Shown: in pieces, positions 25,692 through 36,903 of the stretch
Layout: each line of letters starts with the position of its first letter
Numbering within the stretch: the first letter of the stretch is position 1
Assembly (NCBI GenBank): GCA_030295235.1
Contig: AP026140.1
Coordinates: forward strand, 1 to 64,000
Length of the DNA: 64,000 bases
From: Fistulifera solaris
Taxonomy: Eukaryota
Direction: 5' to 3'
Made by a program: the position numbers and the translations under genes
Notes under the pieces: model-generated
The model's database searches: none
Told to the model about the DNA's origin: nothing
Seen by the model: the letters and a program-made list of their open reading frames with translations, nothing else

Positions 25692-26220
25692 CTCAAAAGC
25701 GCTTTGCTGCTTTGATGGCTGCGAAAGATGTTGCAAGAAAGGTTTTTGGAGATGCCGATATAAAGAGAAACCCCAAACAAGATTGATGTAAAACCAAACA
25801 TCGACAAGGACTCTTTCTCTGCGTGCCTCCAAAGGTCACAAAACTCGAATAAAATCCATTCAAAAATTCAAATCCTGAAAATGTCTCATCACGTCTCGAA
25901 GCATTATCAAATTATTTACTCTCACGATCGCGCGACGACGGCACTAAGGAACACCGCAGAAGCACAGTAGCTAGGAGAGTACTAATAATTTATCTTCAGT
26001 ACGCCGCGCGCATAAGCCCCACCATAGCCGAGATGGCACGCTAGTCGTGTCTTACTCGTAAAATGTTTTAGGCTTTTCATCTAGAGATCCGACTCGTCTA
26101 GTCTAGAGTTTAGCCAAGAGTCGATTTTGTCGCGAAGTTTATCTAGCATACTACATTATTAACAAGACTAGCGTTAACATTACAAGAGAGATCAAATTCT
26201 CTACCCAAAGTAGCTATCGT

Positions 26221-27030
26221 CTAGGCGTCCCGGGCCAGTCGAAATGCACTTCTTCTGCGCTTTTGCCGTATCAAGGGAGGTTTCTCCCGGCTAAGTTGTT
26301 GCAGAGATTGCGCGTGACGAGCCAGGCGACGAGCGGCGGGTGATTCGAGTGTTTCTGAGATTTGTGGGGATGCCGAACCAATTTTTGTCATGCTCAGACG
26401 ACGCCGTGGGGGCAACTCGGCTCCACTCGTACGACGACGCTCAATAGAAGCCGTGCGTCTACGCCGAGGTTCGACGGAAGAGGATCGACGAGCTCTTCGC
26501 GGAGTTTCAGGAATAATTTCTGACGCTGGTGGAGAGAGAACAAGGAATTCTTGTTCTAGTTTGACTGCCGAGGACGTTCTTCGTGGCCGACGCCGAGGAC
26601 TGCGTTTCGAAGAGTCATTCGATTCGTTTGTTTCATTCGATTCGTTCGTTTCACTCGAGTTATTTGTGCAAGTCGACATTCTCCGCCTTGGACGTCTAGG
26701 AATTGTCTTATTCTCTGATGGATGAGGAGAAACGAGTGGCGAGCAGCTTTGCATTTGCTTGAGTTTTTCTTTCGTGAGAGTATGCACATCTCGTTTCGGC
26801 GTCTGAAAAGAGCTCTTATCGACGTCGGTATTCCATTCTCCCGAAGAATCAAAAGGAAAGTCATCTTCAAACGCATTAACAGAATCAGAATGCACTGTCG
26901 ACGGAGTAGAAACAAAAAAGTCGTCGGCTTTTAAACGAGGTGTCGAGGGCGTGACGGCTCCTCGTTTCTCGCGAGGTGTTGTTACAGGCCGCGGCCTGCT
27001 GCGACGACAGCGCGGTGTAAGCGGATCCAT
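26221..27030 (-). CDS. Hypothetical Ser/Arg-rich disordered protein
   Basis: ~270 aa ORF from MDPLTPR with many RRxS/SPRR motifs and an internal (NETNES)n repeat; no domain recognised. Confidence 0.6.
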   Translation of the reverse strand: MDPLTPRCRRSRPRPVTTPREKRGAVTPSTPRLKADDFFVSTPSTVHSDSVNAFEDDFPFDSSGEWNTDVDKSSFQTPKRDVHTLTKEKLKQMQSCSPLVSPHPSENKTIPRRPRRRMSTCTNNSSETNESNETNESNDSSKRSPRRRPRRTSSAVKLEQEFLVLSPPASEIIPETPRRARRSSSVEPRRRRTASIERRRTSGAELPPRRRLSMTKIGSASPQISETLESPAARRLARHAQSLQQLSREKPPLIRQKRRRSAFRLARDA

Positions 27031-27599
27031 GGTGTCTGCGACAATTGATCTGTCGACCCGATTATTGTTGATTTTGTTGTTGCTCTTGTTGATCGATGGA
27101 TGAATGTTCATGTTTTACGCTCACCATCGCTGGTTAATGTTGGTGTAGGCGAACTTTATGCGTCATGTTTTATTGTGTCATGGAAGAAGAAGGAAGGTCT
27201 TGCCGGTAATCTACTGGGTATTATGCGTTAAAAGAACTGTAAAATTTATCTAAGCCTTACAATACAATGGGAAAAAATGTACTTTTAGGTATACCAGTGG
27301 CGATCTGGATTTAGGGGGGCTTGGCAAGTAAACTTTACACATGCTACTTTCTATTAAGACCACTGGATACCTTTTTGACTACAACTAGTGTGTGATAATG
27401 ACCCAATATGACCCAATTGCGAACCCAAGATGAACTCAAAAACGGAGGCAGTTTTTATGTTTTATGGTTTTTCATCGTCTCATCTACATAATAATCGACG
27501 CGCAAAACCTAGCGCAAACCACGTTGCATGTTGAACTACTGCGGTCAAAAAATGAATAGGTCTGCCTGTTTAGTTTATGAATTTATGAAAGGAATACTT

Positions 27600-28670
27600 G
27601 TCTGTCCTTCTGTCGATAAATTTCCATACGAGAGCTACGTGAAATTACGTAGACATTCGAAGCGTTGCATCAACCGTTCCATCAACGTTTTGGTATTAAA
27701 TCGACGGCGGTTATTGCTGCCCGATACGAAGCCAACACGGCGCGCAAGAAAACGTTGACATCTGTGCACTGTAAATGCAACAATTAGATGAAAGCGAAAA
27801 ATGCATGCTCCGGGTTACCCTGCAGAGATAAATTTCCTACGGCGGCTAATTATTCGTTCCACCAACGTTTTGTTTTCAAGTCGGTGGCCAATACGCTGCG
27901 CAAGGAAACGTTGACCTCTGTGCACTGTACATGCAAAAATTGGATGATGGCGATATACTCAATATCCGGGTACCCCTGCAGAGATAAATTTCCTACGGCG
28001 GCTACGTACAAGACGCGTAGACATTGGAAGCGTTGTATCTTTGTACCTTTCTATGTTTCACGGTAAAATCAAAGTTGATTATTGTTTCAATACACACATC
28101 AGGGATGTTCGGAAAAGTATTGTTGACATTGGTGTTCAAAAGAAGCAAAAAAGGGTGCGATCAAAATTAGTCAATCTCCGGGTACCCCCTCTGTCGATAA
28201 ATTTCCCTACTAGAGCTACGTGAAATCGCGTAGACATTCGAAGCGATGCATTATTCGTTCCGCCAACGTTTTGTTTTCAAGTCGGTGGCAATTATTTCAT
28301 CCCGATACGAAGCCAATACGCTGCGCAAGGAAACGTTGACCTCTGTGCACTGTACATGCAAAAATTGGATGATGGCGATATACTCAATATCCGGGTACCC
28401 CTGCAGAGATAAATTTCCTACGGCGGCTACGTACAAGACGCGTAGACAATGGAGGCGTCGTATCTTTATGGTATTCACATTATTTCACTGTCAAATAAAA
28501 GCTCAACATTGTTTCATGGCTCGCATTAGTGAGAATGGGCAAAGTGTGTTGTCGGCATGGGTGCCCAAAAGACGGGGAAAAGTGTGTGAGCAAAATCAAT
28601 GCACTCCGGGTACCCCTCTGTCGATAAATTTCCTTACGAGAGCTACGCGTGAAATTACGTAGACATATTT
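27600..28670. repeat. Tandem array, ~212-bp period, with a ~65-bp hairpin-containing core in two variants
   Basis: Core ccgggtacccct(ctgtc/gcaga)gataaatttcc...gctacgt...cgtagaca starts at ~27600, 27810 (truncated), 27966, 28178, 28391 and 28606. Confidence 0.9.
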
Positions 28671-28816
28671 TGCATCGCTGCATCGCTTTCTGCATCACAC
28701 GTTTTTGCTCGAAAGGATCTCGGTCTTACGTCTTACCTGCTATAAAACTCGAAATGACCTCTCTTAAAATCTTTCGTAATATCTCATTCCTTTCCACTGG
28801 CTCAAAATAAACGATA

Positions 28817-31140
28817 ATGTCTTCTCAAACAGTATCGAGACGTCCACGGGCTCGTCGACATCCAATTCAAAAGAGATCGGAAACTGTTAACGAAGACATC
28901 GGTCATGAAGGTATCACGGACGACAAAAATCCTACAGATCGGCACGATAACTCAATTTCAGCATCTCAAGGCGCACACGCGTCCCCTAGAAGACGTCTTG
29001 TAAGTCATCATAACAGTCCTCGCCGGAAATTTGAACGAAGTCCTGTTCGAAAAGCACATCATTCGATGCCCAAGGTGCCTTTGCAAGCATCATCATCGCC
29101 ACCGCCGTCGCCGAATTCAAACGAGGACAGCCGCGACCATGCTCACACTCACGAAGAAAGCAAATCGACGTTTTCTTCTCATCGACCCAGAGTACGACGT
29201 CGTCCTGCTATCGGAAAATTAACCATTCGCGTCGAGCAATTAAAAGCAGTGAATTTAATGCCTGTCACTTATCAAGTACCCTTGGAAATAAAGGCGGACT
29301 CGGTAAAGAACATAGGAGTGACACTCGTCAATACACTCAAACAGCCAACGAACTTGACACGCGCGATGCGCAAAGCTCCAGATGCTCTCATGAAGACCCC
29401 AGCAGTTGTTGTTTCGAAAACATCCGATGCCCTTAAGAAGTCTGCAGACACTTTTGTGCAACTGCATTATTTTGATTACGGTTGGAAGTCCGGCCCGAAA
29501 ACCTCCATACAAAAACGAACCTGCTCACCGGAATGGCCGGACGAAGTGCTAGAATTACACTTGGGGGCCGATGCAGCGCAAGCCTTGTTAAAAAAGCGGA
29601 GAGCGTTTGGAGTTGCGACTATGGAGTCATGATGCCGTTGTGGGGGATTCGTTTCTAGGGAGCGTACAAATACCATTGTTACCCGAAGAGAAGGAGAAAA
29701 GAACGTCCTACCGTGTTTTGAAGCGATCGCCCAATGACTCCTCGTTACAAAGTCACCATGCGACAGGAGAGTTGACTGCACGCGTTTCCCTGCACGCCGA
29801 AGCCATGATTGATCTGCATCGTGGAGATTCTTTTCCTTCGCAGCAATCAAAGATCACTTTGGGCGTTTCTTGTCGTAAGAGCTGCTTTGAGAGCAGTATG
29901 GTCGTTCTAGATCGAGAGGGTACTGTTATGTGGGACGAATGTGCTTACCACGAACACTGTGTGACAAAAGCTGTCAGCATGGCTTACAACGATTCCGAAT
30001 CAAAAGATCTGAATTATTATCACATGGATCGTTGCACCATTGACGTCGATTTCCGAAATTTGCCGGACAAAGCGGCGGCGCTGTTTCTTGTTGTCTATGT
30101 GCCCTCCGAGGAAGCTGCACTCCAGCTAAGAATATTCGAAACTGAATCAAAGACTGCCCTAGCTCGCTACCTGCCGCACTCGGTGAAAGCCTCGCACACT
30201 ATCATTTTGGCCAGGCTATCACGGGACCCTGACGGTTGGTCTTTGGCACCGATCGGTGAGAGTTTCGTCGAAATACAAGATTTTGGCAATTTACTTCCTG
30301 TCATGCAAAGCTTGGCACATGATTTGATTACAAAACGACCCAGTTCGCAAAATATTTCTGCTACGGCGGTGCTACGGCGACAGAGACCAATTCTTTTAGG
30401 AAATGGCAATGTGGAGTGGAAGCTCCGTATATCCTGGGAAGAGAAACAAAATGACCACGGGAGTATGAACTTTGTCACGAAAGCATTGCTACTGGACGGG
30501 GACTATCACACTATGGACCACGTCGATGCCAACCTACAGAGCTCTCTGAGAGGTGGCGTTGTTTACAAGAAAGGATGGAGTCCCAAACGCTCGGAAAAAT
30601 TTGAGGACTTTCTTCTGGACAAAATCGAGGCCACCATCATCCATGATGTGCAAAACGACATGGGCGGCTTTACTGACGAATATGTTCTGCATCTTTCCAA
30701 ATTGTCAGGACGGGTACGTCATGTTTGCTTCAACATTGTAGTGGCTAAGAAAGGAGAGCAAGCTGGTAAGAGCTGCATGGAAAAGGTTACCCTGCTCCTG
30801 TACGACGAGTTGAGCAACACCGAGTTCGCACGTTTTGTGTCGCCAGTCCAAACCGATTCGGGTCTGCTTGTCGTCTGTTTTTCTCGATGTGATACGGATA
30901 TTCAGAATGGTGACTGGGTTTTCGAAGTTGCAGGGATACCAGTGGCAGCTTGTCCGTCTGATGTGGGGGAAACAATGGAAATTGTTCTTTGGGCAGAGTG
31001 AACACACTGAGCCGTATGCGCTCGTTCCCCAACAAAGCGCCGATTTGGATATGCTGTCCAGAGATATGCCGTCTTTCAAGGTTGTAGACACGACGCCAAA
31101 AATCATCGCCGACGAAACTTTACTCCAATATCGGACCTAA
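28817..31140 (+). CDS. Ser/Arg-rich N-terminus + C2 + two TerD-like domains, paralogue 4 (frameshifts near 29595 and 30995)
   Basis: LTIRVEQLKAVNL...TSIQKRTCSPEW...LHLGADAAQALL | LELRLWSHDAVVGDSFLGSV; VMWDECAY, VDFRNLPDKAAALFLV, DFGNLLP, LLLDGDYHTMDHV, LHLSKLSGRVRHVCF. Confidence 0.75.
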
Positions 31141-31660
31141 TGGCAAGATGCCGCGCTGAATCATCTGGTTCTTTTGTTTCCTAATACTGTTTCTGGGGTG
31201 ATTTGATAGATGAGTCAATTATTTTCTAGTTAGGTATAGCCGGGAGTGCTATTCGATTGTGTCACACCAACAGTCCCTCGTTACTCCGTAAGTTTTACAC
31301 TCGAGTTGTCGTACCGGTAGGAAGTGTACAGTTTTGACGAGAGTGACCGTCATCTTAGCAACATAAAGCCCGTGGTGAAATGTCGATAAATTTAGTATGA
31401 ACCGACATCGCGAGCGTCTCATTGTCCTACTTTCCTGTATCAACACTGTGTAACGCGATGCAATAATACTCAATCCCGTTTGCCTGTATGCTCGAAATTA
31501 ACCCGACGGAGCAAATCAAACGCGCTCGCGTCTCGCGGAGAGCGCGTTTTCAGCGCCTTTCGTCGAAAGGAACACACAACGCGACACAGCGGACATCCCC
31601 ATTTATTTCATTCTTCGTTGTCTCTTGCCAAACACTAGAAACACAACAATTAATTCAATC

Positions 31661-32344
31661 ATGCGACCAGAGAGCTCTTACGTAGACGATTGGTGTGTTT
31701 TCGAGGATAGCGAGCCTAGCTGGAATGACGATTCGACGAACTTTGGAGTCGACTTTGTAGTTGCCGCTCCCGCTGCTAGTCCGCGTCGTCGCGTTCGCCG
31801 AGCATCTCTTGCTTCAAGCTTATCACATACAGCGGATGTCTCTGAATCATCGATAGGAGGAGGCAGAAGCGTTAAATCGGAGCAGGTGAGACCGTCAAAA
31901 ACGCCTTCAAGGGCAACACGTCGGCTGTCGCTTCGGGCTGGAAGTTCCACGCAGCCATCTCGTCCAGCGCCTCCTCGATCACCCATCAAGAAGAACGCTC
32001 GTCGCCGCAGTTCAATATCGCACACAAATGAAAAATTATGCGACAATATGGCATCCTGCAGTCTCCTTGATCTCATGAAAGTCAATCACATTCATGTCGA
32101 TACGGCTTCCTCCAGTAGCGGCTCAGCCACGCCTCCTCCTCCCCCAACAACCAGCAATCACAGTCCCCGACGACGAACCGTAGAGGAGCACAACAATTCT
32201 CATAGCAGTCCCCGCCGCTCTTCCCCTCGACGTACTCGTCGGCTCGTTTCTATGCCGAAAGTGGGATCCGCGAATCCTGGACCCCAATCCAACGAGAATG
32301 CGTGTACGCGTCGCATGGCTCGCCGCATGTCATTACAAGCATAG
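31661..32344 (+). CDS. Hypothetical Ser/Arg-rich disordered protein
   Basis: ORF with an acidic-aromatic N-terminus (YVDDWCVFEDSEPSW) and repeated RRxS/SPRR motifs. Confidence 0.6.
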   Translation: MRPESSYVDDWCVFEDSEPSWNDDSTNFGVDFVVAAPAASPRRRVRRASLASSLSHTADVSESSIGGGRSVKSEQVRPSKTPSRATRRLSLRAGSSTQPSRPAPPRSPIKKNARRRSSISHTNEKLCDNMASCSLLDLMKVNHIHVDTASSSSGSATPPPPPTTSNHSPRRRTVEEHNNSHSSPRRSSPRRTRRLVSMPKVGSANPGPQSNENACTRRMARRMSLQA

Positions 32345-32991
32345 AGAGAATGCATAAATGTAAATAATAGTTTAGAAGCAGAGATTCCCCCGTCTTGTTG
32401 ATGGTAGAGACGCTAGAGAAGAGTCGTCATGGTTCATGGTGGGCTCGGTTAATCGCATCGACTTCCCATTTTCCATTGGGGTTAATTTCGCCTTCGCGCG
32501 CCAGTAGTGCAGAGAAAGAAAAAGATCGTGTCGTATGTCACCCAGTACTAAAAAAAATCGACGGTCGAACGTCTGTTGTGAAAAAGAGGAGCCCAGACAC
32601 AGTTGTCCGAGTTCGTGACTGTGAGAATGTGAGAACACAGAACACGAAACACTCTAAGGTTCAAAGTGTAGCGAACTCGATCGATGTTTGATGGTTAAGG
32701 TTACAGTTAACTGCCTTCATTCTTCATCCCTTCGCCATAAGGCCTTCGCCTTGCCTTCGCAAAGCAACCGCATCACCACCTCTCATCATTCATCATTCAT
32801 CATTCATCATCATTAAAGCCACCTACGATCAAACGTCAACCACTTCATTGCTGCAAACTGCAATTGATAATCGAAACTAAATTCAAGTAAAGGGTGTGAA
32901 TTGTTTTTAATTGAGCAACGAACGAATTAAAAGAAGCCAACAATCATCGTCCTTTCACCTTGACACACAACAACATGACACATTTGGACGA

Positions 32992-34167
32992 ATGGATGTC
33001 ACCAAAAAGAAGTTCTACCTCGAAGAATCGTTTACTTCATCGACGCAGGCATCGGACGAATGGGAGGTCTTTTCGTCGTGGCATGAAACAATTCTCGTCT
33101 CTACAATATCAGAGTCTCCAGTCAGTCGGCGTTCATCGCTTGGATGTAACAACGTGCACAGCGTCACTTCACAGCGACTTCTCTCTAAGCCTGTTGAGTC
33201 GCCTCGCACAACACGCCCCTGTCGACCGCCGCATTCCTCGCGAACACTTCGACGGGTCTCTGAATCGGGTCGCTCCTATTCTCATTTGAAAGAAAAATCC
33301 CTCCATTCCACAGCATCCCCGATCTCTGTCGTATCGAGTCGCAACGTGTCGCCCTCGCGACGCCGACGACCTTCCGCAGTATCCGCCTCTCAGATGTCGG
33401 CACGAACTACCGATACATTAGCATCATCCCATCATCTCCTCCCAAGCGAACGACGTAGTAATGTTGAATTTGTTCGAAATTCACCGCAGCCGCAGCGAAA
33501 GTCGCAGCGACGAGTCCAAGAGACTTCGGAATCTAGACATAGTCAAAAGGTTCTCGCAACGAAAGAACGGAGAAAAGAGTCGTCACCGGATAGAAAAGAG
33601 TCTCGCCAGTCCTCTTCTGAGAGGCGTGCATCAACCAGAACGAAAGAAAACCTCTATTCTCTCAAGGATACACCACGACGGAGACCAGAAAAGCCGGAGG
33701 AGTCACCGCGAATAACACAAAAGAACGTCTCGAGAGAAGCAACGAAAAAGAAATCAAATTTGAGACGAGCTTCTATGACAGAGGGAGTCACCAACGGTAC
33801 AGAGAAATCCGTTTCGAAACGAACAAGCGATCCACGCAGCAGTAATTACCTCTCTGTCTCACCGCGTCGTCACCGTGAGTCGATGACGTCCAAATCATCC
33901 CTGCATCGATCTTGCAGTCGATCGAAATCACGCAACAAGGCTCGTCCTACGGATGTCTCGGGTCATTCTTCCGCGAGGAACAGCCAAAGTCCCAGGCGTC
34001 GCGTGTCGACAGGACTCGGTACTGACAATCCAGTCTGCAAACTCGTTGTGCGACAACTACCTCATCCAGGTTCTCTTCGAAAGGGATGCATTGAGATCTT
34101 GAAAAAGTCGGATCATTCGGTGCCTTCACCGAAGTCCGTTTCACAACGTCGCTATTCCGTATTTTAA
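32992..34167 (+). CDS. Hypothetical Ser/Arg-rich disordered protein
   Basis: ~390 aa ORF from MDVTKKK; DEWEVF near the N-terminus, many RRxS motifs, ends RRYSVF. Confidence 0.6.
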   Translation: MDVTKKKFYLEESFTSSTQASDEWEVFSSWHETILVSTISESPVSRRSSLGCNNVHSVTSQRLLSKPVESPRTTRPCRPPHSSRTLRRVSESGRSYSHLKEKSLHSTASPISVVSSRNVSPSRRRRPSAVSASQMSARTTDTLASSHHLLPSERRSNVEFVRNSPQPQRKSQRRVQETSESRHSQKVLATKERRKESSPDRKESRQSSSERRASTRTKENLYSLKDTPRRRPEKPEESPRITQKNVSREATKKKSNLRRASMTEGVTNGTEKSVSKRTSDPRSSNYLSVSPRRHRESMTSKSSLHRSCSRSKSRNKARPTDVSGHSSARNSQSPRRRVSTGLGTDNPVCKLVVRQLPHPGSLRKGCIEILKKSDHSVPSPKSVSQRRYSVF

Positions 34168-34584
34168 GCAACGAAAGCGGTATCATTTATATTCGTTAAA
34201 GGCGTCAGGAACAACTGACGATTGTTTCAGATTCATTCAGGATGATAATGCATCTTTCAGAATGATGATGTTTTATTCAGTCGAATGCAATGAGAATGAG
34301 ATCTCCTCAATCCCATGCTCTCTAGCCAATGTACTTTCTGAGTGTGAATTCCGAAATCATTCACGAGTTTTTCGATTTACTGTGTTTCACAATGTAGAAA
34401 CCTTTCCGAAGGGCCGCCTTAACTGTGATTGCTTCGAAAAATGGATCGTTCCTTGTTTTCGCGCTTTTCTCCTTGCAAAATCTTCTTGCAGCGCGATCGT
34501 CGCATCATTCTCTTGATTGCGAGAGCCGCGGCTCCGGCATTATTTCTCTCATTGCTATCTGCAATCCTCTCTCATTTCGACTCA

Positions 34585-36550
34585 ATGATGAAGAACACGC
34601 AACGAGACGATGTATCCTCGTCGGACGGATCCAGCGTGGACGAAGATGTATTTGCGGGAAACGATTGGTCCCCAGAATCATTGCATTCTGCAACGACGAC
34701 AACGATTCCTCAGCAGCAACAGAATCAGCGACACAGCAAGCAAAAAGACGAAAACGACCGACTCATCTTTGTCTTCGAAGTCGCGTAAGATTACACGAAC
34801 GCATTCGCAACTTCGCAATCTGGTGTTGAAACTGCTCTCTCCTGTTTTGCGATCGTCGAACGCAACGCAAAGTCAATCTGCCGGTCCCGACAGACCTTTG
34901 AAACGTACTGCGAAGGAAACGCAACAATCTCCGGTAAAGAAAGACACTTCTCGTCGACCTGGTAGCGGAGATTCTGCATCGCGACGTCCTGCGCCTCTCC
35001 AGAGTCGTGAAGTTGCGCTTGACAAGGAAAAGAGGCATTCGCGGCGCGACTTGACGGCAAAGCAGCAGCTCAAATCGAATCGTCGACTTTCAATTAGCAA
35101 CACACCTTGTCCAAAAGAAGCAGTAGAGAAACCTTCGATTCCGAAACGACGATCGATAGCAAATGGGGCATCGGAGGGGAAGGATACAGATCGTCTTGTT
35201 GCGTCATTTGCGAGTCAAGCCAGTGTCAAAGTAACAGGAAAGACACCTGCAGCATCAAAGACTGTTTCGATAGACGTCGTACCTCGATCCGATGAAATGT
35301 TGAAACACCCCAAGCCATTGCCGAAACAACCTTCCCGACGTACCGTACAAGCACCCGCTGCAGCAACATCCGTTCTACGCAGCCCTTCACCCAACAAGAA
35401 GCAAGCTTCGGATAATAGACTCACGTTTGCCAAGACGCCGTCTCGTCGAACGATCAAAGGGGGGCAACACGTGCCCAGTCAATCCCGTCGGAAACTGGTA
35501 GAAGGCTCAGGTCAATCACGACGTAAACTGGTAGAAGGCAGTGCTCTTCGAAGTGAAAGAAACCTTGCTCGTACAGAGCTTTTGTCTGCAAACATTCCGC
35601 CCCCACCCTTCACCGATACAACAGACAATCGCGCAGTGCGGAAAGGAGTAGATGAACGAACGAGTATCGCGAACATATCTCGAAAGGAATTGATTCAGAT
35701 GGCATCGCAACGACGCTTTTCGTCGTCAGGTACGGAAGATGTGTCGCCTCGGGGGCCGTCTCGGAGAGCCTTGACGAAAAGTCCCATTGCGAAAGATCGT
35801 GGAGCCAACAAAGCGGTGCAACCCGTCAGCGAAAAGCAGCCGGATATTGAATGGAAGCCCGAAATCGTAGAGAACGCCTGGCAAACATGGTCTCCAGTAC
35901 GCTCAAATGACCTGAAAATTGTTCAAGGAAGCGTCGTTTCGCCCGGCGTTTCCCCTCGTCAGTCGCAGCGAGTCTCGATCAGAACGATTGGTGCATCCTC
36001 TCCTTCCTTGCGCAAAGTTTCGCAGATAACCGAGGAGAGTAGTTCCAGCGCCGGTCGTAGCAAAACGAAAAAGGATCTCTCGCGCCGTGCTTTGTTGAGT
36101 TCAACGGGAAAATCACAAGTAAGCTTGAAGTCGCAGCGTTCGTTGACCAAGAATGGAAGAGATAGCAACTTGGTTGATCGTCGAGTTGATCGTCGAGTTG
36201 ATCGTCGAGACGTCGTTCAGCCATCGCGCGGCGCTTTCAAGAGAACTGACACAATGAAGAAAGGTTCGACGCGAAAGCTGGTTCGTACAGAGGATAAGAC
36301 TTTGGGGCGCTCTTCTTCGAAAAAGAATGTAACGAATCGTGCAGCTCGACGAGGGTCTATCGACATGAAGCCTAAATCTCCTCGGCGACGATCTCTATCA
36401 CCAACGGAACCCACCGAAAGCTCGGACTTGGATTTCAGCCAGTCAAATATACCCCTATTTCGTCTCACGTACAAGAATGACGTCTTTCGCTCCGAACGCG
36501 TGCTCGAGAAAGAATTCGAACTGGATCCAATCTTGAACAAGGTGAAATAA
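34585..36550 (+). CDS. Hypothetical Ser/Arg/Lys-rich disordered protein (probable frameshift near 34745)
   Basis: 646-aa ORF with internal repeats (QSRRKLVEGS x2, DRRV x2-3); an acidic N-terminus MMKNTQRDDV...FAGNDWSP lies in the neighbouring frame. Confidence 0.6.
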
Positions 36551-36903
36551 CTACGCTCAGTGTCCTAGTGATATTAGCGCTCGGCATATTGCATCAATAG
36601 CTTAAGTACAAGGGTAGACTTTCTATCATCTATCATTGATCATTGGTGCTTATCTCAATTTTGTTGTGGCAATCCGTCTTTTTTCCCTTTCAACTTTTTT
36701 GAATTGCAGCCCGCTTTAGCATAATAAGTACATTTTACTGTACCTCTATTTGTACTGTTTAGCGTCACACCGGTCATAATGCATCCTCCGAAGAAAAAGT
36801 CTCGTCGTCCATTTTCGTTCTTCACTCATAATAACCGCAGCAACGAGGAGAATGAAATTCTTCCCGTTTCAAGTTCCTTCCTGCCCATAATATAGTTAAT
36901 AAC

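Noticed and set aside
27295..27365. Tiny hAT-like element (CAGTGG...CCACTG)
   Set aside because: The inverted match is only about 6-7 bp and the 8-bp flanks (aggtatac vs gatacctt) are not a target-site duplication.
27600..28670. CRISPR array (palindromic repeats separated by spacers)
   Set aside because: Core (~65 bp) and linkers (~150 bp) are too long, the linkers fall into two homologous classes, there are no cas genes, and the context is eukaryotic.
27788..28698. ORFs inside the repeat array (e.g. 28246-28662)
   Set aside because: Frames are not preserved between repeat units; the peptide repeats simply mirror the DNA repeat.
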